Assembly: GCA_004431415.1 (NCBI GenBank)
Contig: QPMI01000507.1
Coordinates: 186,001 to 250,000 of the forward strand
Direction: 5' to 3'
Source: Cyanophora paradoxa CCMP329
Lineage: Eukaryota; Plantae; Glaucophyta
Length of the DNA stretch: 64,000 bases
Each line of letters opens with the position of its first letter. The stretch's first letter is position 1. Positions 54,963 to 64,000 of this stretch are shown here, piece after piece. Both the position numbers and the translations under genes were made by a program. The notes under the pieces were generated by a model. The model ran no database searches. It was not told where the DNA came from and was given only the letters and a program-made list of their open reading frames with translations.

Positions 54963-56188
54963 TTAAAAGTTCGAGACTTTCAAGGTAGAGATGTTGTAGC
55001 CATTGAGGACCATAACATTGTGTCGTAGGGCATAGATATCAACCTGAACAGGAGCAGCATCAGTGCATCCCGAAACAGTGAGATCCATGTAACTGGAACT
55101 GCTGTTGAAGAAATCCTGGTAACCCATAACACTGTTCCGAAGCGAATCTTTTCCAGATTTGGAAAGAACGATTCCGTAAATATTTCCATTCTCGAATCCA
55201 TAAGTAGTATTGCCAACAGTAACACCCTTGTAATGAGAAGGAATGTGATTGATAGCCGAGAGGAAACCAGAAATGGGTTTGTTGGAGATATCCAGGGAGC
55301 GATTGTTGTGGAAGATCTGGAACTGATCGATCTTAACATCCGAAACATGACCACAGAAATCAGAGTGAGTGTAGGTGTTAAGTTTGTTCACCTCTCGAAC
55401 TGTCATGAGAATCGAATGAACCAGACCAGAAACATTAGCGAGTGTCACCTCAACCGATTCACCAGCATCAGCGGTTTTGAGCGCTCGTGTCTTCTTGTGG
55501 ATGACCTCTGTGATCGGAATGCGAATGCCACCTTGTTCATTTGCCATTTTCAAAAGTGTCTCAGCCTCAGCCGAAGCGATGTTTACAAATTGACAGATCA
55601 GGGAGCAATCCGCAAATGTAACAGATCCACCAGCAGGAACTTTGACTATCCAGCATCACGGAAATCAACCTCGATTGTTGGCATATCCGCCAGTGTGCAT
55701 AGTGGGAAGTAAGCATCATCCCAGAAAGCAGCGGGAATTTTCACAATGTATTCCATAGCCTCATCTGTGCTTTCACGATCAAGTTCTTTGAAGTAACCAA
55801 GAGAAGCATACATGCTGCTCATGGTAGCATGATCATTATCAATCAGAGCGTTAACAGTTATCCAGTCACCAGGGATGATATACTTGAAACCACCATGAAC
55901 AAAGCGGACCTCATTAATATAGGAAGAACCACCATTGGGGAGGGTGCAGGCTACACCACCACCAGTGGCAATCTTGAAATAGAGCGAAACACCAGCAAGG
56001 AGTTGCTTGCGAGGTAGATCAAAGTAAGCGGTATTCTTAAAGCCAAAAGTATTGCCTCGGGGACGAACTTGCTCGAGGAATGGTTTGTACTTGGGGTTGG
56101 TTCCGATTTGGAGACCAGGGGATAGATAAATTTGATCGGAACCGGGAGTTACGAGGAGTTCCTTAAGGGTAGTTCCAGTGAGTGCCAT
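54963..56188 (-). CDS. Major capsid protein (D); 1-nt deletion near 55650
   Basis: About 408 aa when joined (YFDLPRK..LAGVSLYF; VTLANVSGLVHSILMTVR). The B copy shows the intact frame (RDAAIVQVP). Confidence 0.88.
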
Positions 56189-56240
56189 CTCTTATGTTTA
56201 AAATACCAAAAGAAATTTTTAAAATGCTTTATTAAACAGA

Positions 56241-57140
56241 ATGACGCGTCATTACCTTAATATTGATTCCAGGGACCGAGATGATGGAACCCCAACGAAC
56301 TTCACTTATAAAATTCCCCATGCAATCCAAAATGTGAGAGCCTGCAGAGTGACTAACTTTGAGATGTTCAATAACATTTACAATCTTAGCGAGAATGGAA
56401 GTTTGATTACAGGAACCTATGATGCTGGAGATGTAATTAAAACTAAGAATAACACTATTTCAAAAGGGACATATACTTCGGATAGTTTGGTGAATCTTCT
56501 AAATGCCAAACTAGCTTCACAAGTGTATGGTGCAGCAGGAACTACCTATACTCGCCATTTCTACGTTACATATGATCCTGTTACCATGTTTCTTCGTTTC
56601 ATGTGCGATGCAACATTTACCCTCACCTTTGGAAGTCGGATCTTAGCAAACTTCCTTGGGTTTCCAGAGCGCAGACCTGACAGTTCAGAAAATGGTTACG
56701 CTTCTGCCCTGCTGGATTCACCTGTAACAGTCGGAGCTAATACTTATAATTACTACATTGACAGTGTTATACCGCTCGATCTTCTGTTCAACTCTTACAT
56801 CCTTCTCCACGTTGACCCACTCAAAGGCAACTATGTAAGCAAGAACACAAGCGATGATAAAGCCCTCGCAAAAATCGAGATTGATCAAACGGTAGGCAGT
56901 CTCTTAAAATATGATTCATCGAATAATTCCATGATCCTGCATGAGCAAAACGGTTTGGTGGAAGTTGAAACGCTAAAAGTTCGTCTCACATACTGGAATG
57001 GTGCCGAAACGGATATTACCACTGATTGGTCGATGACGCTTGAACTCATTACGGAAGATGATAAAGATCTGACAAAGAAAGCATTGAAGAATGTCATTAA
57101 AGAGTTGGAGGGACTCTACTTGCCGTTCTCACGGTCATAG
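56241..57140 (+). CDS. Minor capsid (penton) protein (D)
   Basis: YLNIDSRDR...FEMFNNIYN...LKVRLTYWNG...DWSMTLEL. Confidence 0.87.
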   Translation: MTRHYLNIDSRDRDDGTPTNFTYKIPHAIQNVRACRVTNFEMFNNIYNLSENGSLITGTYDAGDVIKTKNNTISKGTYTSDSLVNLLNAKLASQVYGAAGTTYTRHFYVTYDPVTMFLRFMCDATFTLTFGSRILANFLGFPERRPDSSENGYASALLDSPVTVGANTYNYYIDSVIPLDLLFNSYILLHVDPLKGNYVSKNTSDDKALAKIEIDQTVGSLLKYDSSNNSMILHEQNGLVEVETLKVRLTYWNGAETDITTDWSMTLELITEDDKDLTKKALKNVIKELEGLYLPFSRS

Positions 57141-57176
57141 GAAATACTGTAGAATAAATTTGTCTCGATATTACAA

Positions 57177-57926
57177 ATGGCAACTCGAAAGACCCAGCCC
57201 AAGAATTTCTTAGCCAAACCAGTTGAGCAAGCGGAACCAGAACGGAAACAGTTTAAGAAATCAAAAGGAACCACTGCATATGGAACTGGTGATCTCGATA
57301 AAAATGTTCACCAGACCATGAATGCTCACACAATTGCGCTTACTTCAAATTATAATGATGATAATGCCCTGGTTGACCAAGTCCCACTGAACCGCATGCC
57401 TGGAGCCAAACGAGGAATCAAGAAAGGACAGTTCAAATCATCGACAAAGGACAAGGTTGCCTCATCATCAACACTGCTGAAACTGCTTGATGGTGGTGAG
57501 CGACTCTACTCAACCTATTCCGAGAAAGACCATCGCAACCGCTATTTTATTCGTTCAACCACTGGTGGACTGAAATCTGTGACATACCAGTATGCTAGGA
57601 GTCTTGTTGATGGCATTGCAGCAGAGACCAAAAACGAAAACAGGATCAAGGAACAGCCAATCACAAAGGAAAAGGTTGAGAAGAAACCAGAAGTAACCCA
57701 TGAAGTCATCCCTGAACCTGTTCATGTCGTGAAAGAATCACCAGCCGAATTGATTGCAAAGACCATCGATTATCAAGACTCCAACAAAACGGATTTGCCG
57801 GTCCTCAATAAATCAATCCTCCGGGTTGCCACTTCGCAGGCTGATCCAGTCAACTCGATTCCAAATGCTGCCCCAATGGTCTCAGGGTTTGCCAAGCTCG
57901 GTATTAAACCTGGATATCGCCGTTAA
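57177..57926 (+). CDS. Hypothetical basic protein (possible core protein)
   Basis: 249-aa K-rich ORF following the capsid module. Confidence 0.65.
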   Translation: MATRKTQPKNFLAKPVEQAEPERKQFKKSKGTTAYGTGDLDKNVHQTMNAHTIALTSNYNDDNALVDQVPLNRMPGAKRGIKKGQFKSSTKDKVASSSTLLKLLDGGERLYSTYSEKDHRNRYFIRSTTGGLKSVTYQYARSLVDGIAAETKNENRIKEQPITKEKVEKKPEVTHEVIPEPVHVVKESPAELIAKTIDYQDSNKTDLPVLNKSILRVATSQADPVNSIPNAAPMVSGFAKLGIKPGYRR

Positions 57927-58293
57927 GGGACGGCTCACGCATCATTTCCGAATTAAAAAAATCTTGAACATTGTTAGCGCTACGTAACCAATTCTTATCC
58001 CGTTGGCTCAAAACTTCTTCATTTTTATGGAGGCGTTGTAGAGCGAAGTGAAATATCCATAGGTAAATCACTTTAATCACCTGTTCTACTGGGTTCAGTG
58101 GTAGAAACTTGCAGCCGACAAGTGAACCTCTTTGGGTATCGGTGGCTTTATCATTTTTCCAGCATCTTCTTTCGTACTGGATGCAATGCGATTGGGACCA
58201 AAAATTGATTGGGTTCTCACAAAGAATATATACACGACATAAAAACTACTTAAAGATTTCTTAACTTATATTAAGAGAGTAGAAAGGACAAGA

Positions 58294-58557
58294 ATGACGA
58301 TCACAGAAGCCCAAAAGAAAGCAACTTACCGCTACCGTAAAACAGAAAAGGGTATGTTAGCGCTTGCTAGGATTAATGAGAAACGCAATGCAAAATGGAG
58401 CGAACTCTATAACAATGATGAAGAATTCAGACAAGCTCACATAATGACTTCATGCAAGGCTCAATATGTAAATAACACCATTCTCTATGTAAAGTATCTA
58501 TTTGACGTTCCTCATACCAACCGTGGACGTCCATCAAAGTATGTTAATGCTTGTTAA
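58294..58557 (+). CDS. Small basic DNA-binding protein with an AT-hook-like tail
   Basis: AQKKATYRYRK...RGRPSKY. Confidence 0.7.
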   Translation: MTITEAQKKATYRYRKTEKGMLALARINEKRNAKWSELYNNDEEFRQAHIMTSCKAQYVNNTILYVKYLFDVPHTNRGRPSKYVNAC

Positions 58558-58789
58558 TCGTTTTTCTCAGCGCGATTGCTCTGAGAACCCGCGGAAACCG
58601 CGCTGGAAGCAAAACTATAAATCTTTCTGTTATTTTTAGAGTTCGATGATCGAGCCAACCCTTTGTTATTTTTATGAATGCCCTCGACTAAATTTATTTT
58701 GTTGGAGACTTTTGGTTTTGTCGGTAAAATTTGACGCGAGTATAAAATGACTTAAGGAAATAAAATATAGAGTATATATAAAAGTGAAA

Positions 58790-61700
58790 ATGCCTCGACC
58801 AAGTAATCGGATTTCGAAGAATTTGCAGGATGAGATTCTTGGTTACTACATGCAAGCAAAAGTAGAAGACAAATTGACCCGAGAGCAGGATATCTATTTC
58901 TTGAGAGAATTTACTTTCAAAGCAATTAGAATTCCAAAGTTGATTGATATCAGAGATACACTGAGAGGTATCGTAGAGCCTCGTTTGTATCGCAAGCAGG
59001 AGAAGAAGGAGAAGAGGGCTGAGAGAGCCGCTAAGAATGTTGAGAAGCAGAACAAGAAAGCAGCCGAAGCAAAGAAGCGGAAGCGCTTTGATCGCAAGCA
59101 GAATAAGAAGGCTAAACGTTCCGCTCGTTCCCAGAAGAATGTGGAAAAGCAGCAAAGTAAGCAGTTCAAAGCGCTGGTAAGGAGAATCATAAGGGATATT
59201 GAGGCCCAGGATGGCGATACAGTCTCGCTTCGTGTGAGGTTTTACCGAATTCCTGAAGACTTCAATAACCTCCCAAACAACTACGATGTTGTTATCCACG
59301 AAGACACACCTTACATTGAAACACAAAAATCCGGAAAACGCGCATTGATGCTTTCCTGCCCCAAGCAAGTGCTGGTGAGATTGCTTGAACAGGTGCAAGA
59401 GGACTTTAATAACTTCCTTGCATTGTGGACTCTGAACGAAATTGCTTCCTTCCTGATTTCTATTGGGCAAAGCAACCCTCGCAATCGAGACTATCAATTC
59501 GTTAAGGTTTTCACGAATGATGCGCCCAATGGATCAGACATCAAGTATCCAGAGGTGATGACAATCGAGGAGATTATTGTCAGCGATAACAAAACAGTAT
59601 ACCCTTTGAATGAACGAGTTCTGCGAGATGGGCAGGCTCCAAAAATCGTTTCTCGTTTCGTGAAATACACCCTCAATGGTCAGGCTAAGTGTGTGATGGA
59701 CCAAATATGTCCCGATGATTCACTTACCATCAAAGATTGTTTAATCGAAGCATTACATCAGGTTCTATGCAAAGGGTTTGAGTATGCCCGCAGCATCAAG
59801 AAGTATAAGAAGGTCAACTACTCCAAAGACTGGCTCTTTGCTCAGATCAAGGGATATGAACCTAAGCCTGATTCCGATTGGGGAGTGAGTTTTGATGAGC
59901 TTCTTCCTTTCTTGAAAAAGTGGCGCATCAGGTTCATTGCAATTGGAAAGGATGACAAGGTTATTCATACTCTTTCCTTCAAACCGAATCGAACCAACTC
60001 TCACTTAGTTCCCGCAAGTGTTTACGTGCAGATTGCAAACGACCACGTTTATGTATTAAATAAGGATCTCAGTAAACTGGTTCGTTCTTTCAATGGAACT
60101 GGCGCCCGTGAAACCAAGAAGAGTATGGGTTCAGCAGCCATGAAATACAAGATCAAAACACAGTTCAACGATAACAGCTTCTTTGCTTACAGCGAGGAGG
60201 ATATCATCAAGATCATTGCCAGAGAGAAAGATAGTAGTTCTGAAAAAATTAAGATCACATACAACAAGCCACTACTTGAGTTGTTGGGAAGCTTCCGAAA
60301 GGCTAATCACGAGGTTCACACTTCCATTACTGATGAGGGAACAATAACCTACATTCACTACACAATAGAGGATAAAGATGTAATTATCCTTCCACCAGGC
60401 AACATGGTGGATATGGAAAATATTGATGTGAACCTTGCAGATGATGCGCATCGCAAGTTGTTTGATGAGATGAGTCAGATGATGTATAGGGCGCTTATCA
60501 ACAAACCCTACAAGAGCAAATATAATCCAGAAACATATGCAGCATTTACTAAAGGGCAACAGAGTGCATTGACTGGGTTCTTTGGATCTGCCTCTGAGGT
60601 CCGAACAATGGTAGAGAACATTGCCTATGGATCCATTGATACTCACAAGCTCGACATTTCCAAAGCATACACACACATCGTTTCGAAAGTGCTTAAGGTG
60701 TTTCCAGTTTTCAGTTCATTTGATAGATTCGAAAAAGTCAAAGTGTCTTGCAGCTCGGACATCGAAGACAATTCGTTCTATTCCGTGAAAGTGAAAGCCA
60801 AACACTTCAAAGCATTCAGAAATTATGGTGAGGCGAATACCTTGAATCAATACAAGAGGATTCTCGTCGATTCAAAGTATAACCTGATGTATGGTGAGGT
60901 TTTGAAAGAGTTTTACGAGGATATTAAGGATGACATCAGCATTGAGGCAGTTCTAAGACCTTATCGGATTGCCGAGAATGTCACCTTGCAGGCTTTCAAG
61001 CAGTTGTATGCAAGTCAGCTTTCGACCAAGGAGAAGAAAGACATTGCCAACCATCACATTGGTCTATTTGGTAAGAAGTCCCAGCGAAAAGCAACCACCT
61101 ACACCTTTTTCAATAAAAATGATGCTCTGAATTTCATTGAAGAGAATGGAGGGACCCTGAAGTTTATAAGTTTCGATCAAGAGAAGCCAACACACACATC
61201 AGTTAAGAATGAGAAGGACATTAAATCGCCCATGATTTGGTATGTGAACCAGGAAGAACAAGAACGGGCTTTCATTGATGGTTTCCTGCCAATGCAGTGC
61301 GTGATTTACTCCACCATGCGAGGCATCATGTATCGCCTATGCAAGAAATTGCTCTCTGAGGGAGTGGGAGTCCTTGCAATCAAGACCGATGAGCTGACAA
61401 TCGATAGACCATATCCATTCGAGCAGTTTGACCGAAACCTATTCGAGAACACTGGAAAGTTTGATGTGAAGCCAGCAAACATGAACTCGATAACCCACAG
61501 TAAGAGGACTTCCAAAAAACCAAAGAGCCACATGATCACATTTGATCGACTCAAAACTCGTTCCAAACCTTTCATCAATGTTGAAAAGATTGTTCACAAG
61601 GTTCACAAGTTCCAGGATGAGTATGACCTCCCAGCAATCGTAAATGCTTTGGATGGGCAAGGTAATGTGCTGATTAAAGGAGTGAAACCGGGAACTGGTA

Positions 61701-62974
61701 AGACTACTTTGGCAAAGGCAATGGCCAAGAAGTATGGTAAGAAATGCTTGTTCGTTGCGCCTACTAATAAGAGATGCAAGGATTTGCGAATGGAACTAAA
61801 AGCAGAGTGGGGGCAGGATGCTCCTGAGGTGATGACTATTTATCGAGCCTTGAATTTGAATGTTGATGATGAGAGAATGAAGGGAAATGTTGGGAAGAAG
61901 GTTTCGGAATTATCTAAGTACGATTGCTTTGTTATTGATGAGATCTACCAGTTTGAGATTAGGGAATTGGAATCTCTGTGCGATGTGATGACTGTGCAGT
62001 TCCCAGACAAACTCTACATCGCAACAGGCGACCCCTACCAGAACCCACCCATCCAATTCATAACAGTCAATCAACGAGATTACTACAACAAGATCTTCGA
62101 TAGACTTTTCAAGAACGAGGTTTACCTGCAGGTTGGAAAGCGTCATAAACTGGCTGCAGATCAGAAGAAATTTGACCAGTTATGGGAGGACTTATTCAGG
62201 ACTGAACTACCAGTTTCTATTGCTGCCAGACGATTGGGCTTGAAAGTAGTTGATACATTGGAGAAGGGTGATATCTCAGTATGCAATTCAAACCGCAAGT
62301 GTGCAGAGGTGAACAACAAAATGCATAAAATGATTCATGGAGAGGATCCTGTATATAAGACAGGTGTGGAGCTGATTGCAAAGGTGCGAATGACAACAAG
62401 TGAGGGCATCATTCAGCGGGGCTTTGTTTACGAAGTGGTCGAATACAAAGCCAAGGAAATTCTCACTCTCAAAGACATTGATTCGGGTGAAGTGCATACT
62501 CTAAAAAGCGAAGATATCAAGTATTTCGCATTGACCCATGCTTTCACCTGTCACATCATTCAGGGTGACACAATCAGGGATTCTCGTGTTGTAATTCACG
62601 AGACTGGGTCCCCATATGTTACTGCTGAGTGGTTCTATGTTGCAGCAACTCGAACCCAGAATCTCTCGGATACTGTGATTTTCGTTGATAAATCCGAGGC
62701 AGCCACAATGGTGAAAACGAAGGAGGATCAAGCTCAGAAAATCGATTCCTACAAATCCCAAGACAAACAAGCCAATCGGGAGTTCTCCTTGGCAGAGTAT
62801 GTTGATTGGGACTGGTTCAAAAAGCAGTATGGGAAGCAATTGGGGCGATGCAGAAGGTGCTTTGATATTATGGATTTCGAAGAAGCCACTGTTGATCGGG
62901 AGAACAATGCTATCGCTCACATTTCTCGAAACTGTTTCTTGTCACATTGTAGGTGTAACTGTTCAGCCCAGTAA
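58790..62974 (+). CDS. Divergent family B DNA polymerase fused to an SF1 helicase and a C-terminal HNH-like Zn domain
   Basis: PolB-like LDISKAY / KKDIANHHIGLFGK / AIKTDEL. SF1 motifs GVKPGTGKTT, VIDE, GDPYQNPPI, TCHIIQGDT, YVAATR. Tail CRRC...TVDRENNAIAH...N...CN. Confidence 0.85.
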   Translation: MPRPSNRISKNLQDEILGYYMQAKVEDKLTREQDIYFLREFTFKAIRIPKLIDIRDTLRGIVEPRLYRKQEKKEKRAERAAKNVEKQNKKAAEAKKRKRFDRKQNKKAKRSARSQKNVEKQQSKQFKALVRRIIRDIEAQDGDTVSLRVRFYRIPEDFNNLPNNYDVVIHEDTPYIETQKSGKRALMLSCPKQVLVRLLEQVQEDFNNFLALWTLNEIASFLISIGQSNPRNRDYQFVKVFTNDAPNGSDIKYPEVMTIEEIIVSDNKTVYPLNERVLRDGQAPKIVSRFVKYTLNGQAKCVMDQICPDDSLTIKDCLIEALHQVLCKGFEYARSIKKYKKVNYSKDWLFAQIKGYEPKPDSDWGVSFDELLPFLKKWRIRFIAIGKDDKVIHTLSFKPNRTNSHLVPASVYVQIANDHVYVLNKDLSKLVRSFNGTGARETKKSMGSAAMKYKIKTQFNDNSFFAYSEEDIIKIIAREKDSSSEKIKITYNKPLLELLGSFRKANHEVHTSITDEGTITYIHYTIEDKDVIILPPGNMVDMENIDVNLADDAHRKLFDEMSQMMYRALINKPYKSKYNPETYAAFTKGQQSALTGFFGSASEVRTMVENIAYGSIDTHKLDISKAYTHIVSKVLKVFPVFSSFDRFEKVKVSCSSDIEDNSFYSVKVKAKHFKAFRNYGEANTLNQYKRILVDSKYNLMYGEVLKEFYEDIKDDISIEAVLRPYRIAENVTLQAFKQLYASQLSTKEKKDIANHHIGLFGKKSQRKATTYTFFNKNDALNFIEENGGTLKFISFDQEKPTHTSVKNEKDIKSPMIWYVNQEEQERAFIDGFLPMQCVIYSTMRGIMYRLCKKLLSEGVGVLAIKTDELTIDRPYPFEQFDRNLFENTGKFDVKPANMNSITHSKRTSKKPKSHMITFDRLKTRSKPFINVEKIVHKVHKFQDEYDLPAIVNALDGQGNVLIKGVKPGTGKTTLAKAMAKKYGKKCLFVAPTNKRCKDLRMELKAEWGQDAPEVMTIYRALNLNVDDERMKGNVGKKVSELSKYDCFVIDEIYQFEIRELESLCDVMTVQFPDKLYIATGDPYQNPPIQFITVNQRDYYNKIFDRLFKNEVYLQVGKRHKLAADQKKFDQLWEDLFRTELPVSIAARRLGLKVVDTLEKGDISVCNSNRKCAEVNNKMHKMIHGEDPVYKTGVELIAKVRMTTSEGIIQRGFVYEVVEYKAKEILTLKDIDSGEVHTLKSEDIKYFALTHAFTCHIIQGDTIRDSRVVIHETGSPYVTAEWFYVAATRTQNLSDTVIFVDKSEAATMVKTKEDQAQKIDSYKSQDKQANREFSLAEYVDWDWFKKQYGKQLGRCRRCFDIMDFEEATVDRENNAIAHISRNCFLSHCRCNCSAQ

Positions 62975-64000
62975 TGGAGAATATTCTATCATACAAAAAA
63001 TACAAACAGAAGCTCATTAGTGAAGGGAAGGAATTTGATGAGGCGGAACTGAGAAACAAGTATAAGAATTCCGAACTGCATCAAATTTTCAAGAAGCCTA
63101 GGAAAAAGACTACGTTTTTAAGAATAGTTGCCCAGCCATACTCATTTCAGGTTGATGTCATGTTTTTCAGAAAGTTTAAGACAGCAAATTATGGATACAT
63201 TAAAGCGCTTAGTTTCATTGACATTCTAAGTAGAAAGGCATTTGTGTATGCTTTCAAGACCAGCGAAGAGATTCCGGGAATACTTAATAAATTCAAGGGC
63301 GAAGCAGGTAAGGTTGTAGGATTGGCAGGGGATAATGAGTTTTCCAGTGCGGTTTATCGAACTTGGTGCAGTGAAAATGGTGTCGAATTGTATACAGATG
63401 TTGCGAAAGAAGATCACATTTCTGCTGGGAATAAACTTGGGATAATCGATCGATTCACTCGAACCTTCAAACAATACATGAACAAACTCATGGTCTCGAG
63501 GAATACTTCGAAGTGGGTCGAATTAATCCCAGATGTGCTAAAGGCTTACAATAACTCGCCTCATTCATCACTGAACAATGATTCCCCAAACCAAGTGTTT
63601 GCAAGTCCACAGAAGCAAATGTTTATTTTCCTAAAAACCACCAAGCATAACATGGATGTTAAAGAGAATCAACCCGATAAAATCAAACCAGGAGATACTG
63701 TAAGAGTTTTAGAGGAGAGAGGTGCATTCTCAAAGGAAGGCCCAGGTTCAGTCAGAAGATTTACAAAGTAGCTGGGAAAGATGCTAATCGATTCAAGGTG
63801 CTTGAAGATAATGGAGATGATGCAGAGGAATTAAAGAGACGTTTTAAGCAACAAGAGTTACAGAAAGTGAAACGAGATGAGATAATGAAAATTCCACAGC
63901 AAATGAGGATTCAAGCTGTAAAGAAAACAAACACAGTGAATCGAAAAGTTGCAAAAGAGGGAATCAAACCAAATCGCAGCAAAGTTGTTAGAAAAAGGTA
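62974..64000 (+). CDS. Retroviral-like (rve) integrase, Polinton type; frameshift near 63744, open at the window end
   Basis: FQVDVM, FIDILSRK, GDNEF, GIIDRFTRTFK, YNNSPHSSL..SP, GDTVRV. After the shift it reads RFSQKIYKV. Confidence 0.92.

Larger units (their letters stand above)
52756..64000. mobile_element. Polinton-like virus segment D with rve integrase (continues beyond the window)
   Basis: End region, ATPase, MCP, penton, PolB-helicase and integrase. Confidence 0.9.

Noticed and set aside
24780-63750. Programmed ribosomal frameshifts in penton, MCP and integrase
   Set aside because: No consistent slippery heptamers, the B MCP is in frame at the same site, and the pattern fits single-base errors or decay.

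Overview
This is eukaryotic (protist/algal-type) genomic DNA with two compartments. (1) 1-16.7 kb is very GC-rich host sequence with tiny introns (about 47-68 nt). It holds a ~5.8 kb segmental duplication, each copy carrying a CD36/SR-B scavenger-receptor gene and an unknown gene, on either side of a PPR-like gene. The copies differ repeatedly by 6-nt inverted micro-triplications (XYZ -> XYZ/revcomp/XYZ). (2) 16.7-64 kb is an AT-rich island of what appear to be four endogenous Polinton-like virus (PLV) segments, A-D. Each starts with a non-coding CAGTAA(G)-rich end region, and B, C and D each truncate a gene of the previous segment. A begins at a perfect 29-bp hairpin with three GCGAAGC mini-hairpins in the loop and encodes two pentons, MCP, ATPase and a primase-SF3 helicase. 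B retains an ATPase and a partial MCP. C carries a phage-like fibre cassette (two C1q fibres, one tail-repeat fibre). D encodes RING, ATPase, MCP, penton, a PolB-SF1 helicase-HNH-like fusion and an rve integrase. The island is also invaded by a gag-only LTR element, a 12.5 kb APE-RT-RNase H LINE with a 106-bp target duplication, and an 856-bp element nested in that LINE. Many single-base frameshifts look like long-read errors. All protein calls come from motif recognition by eye; no database searches were run.
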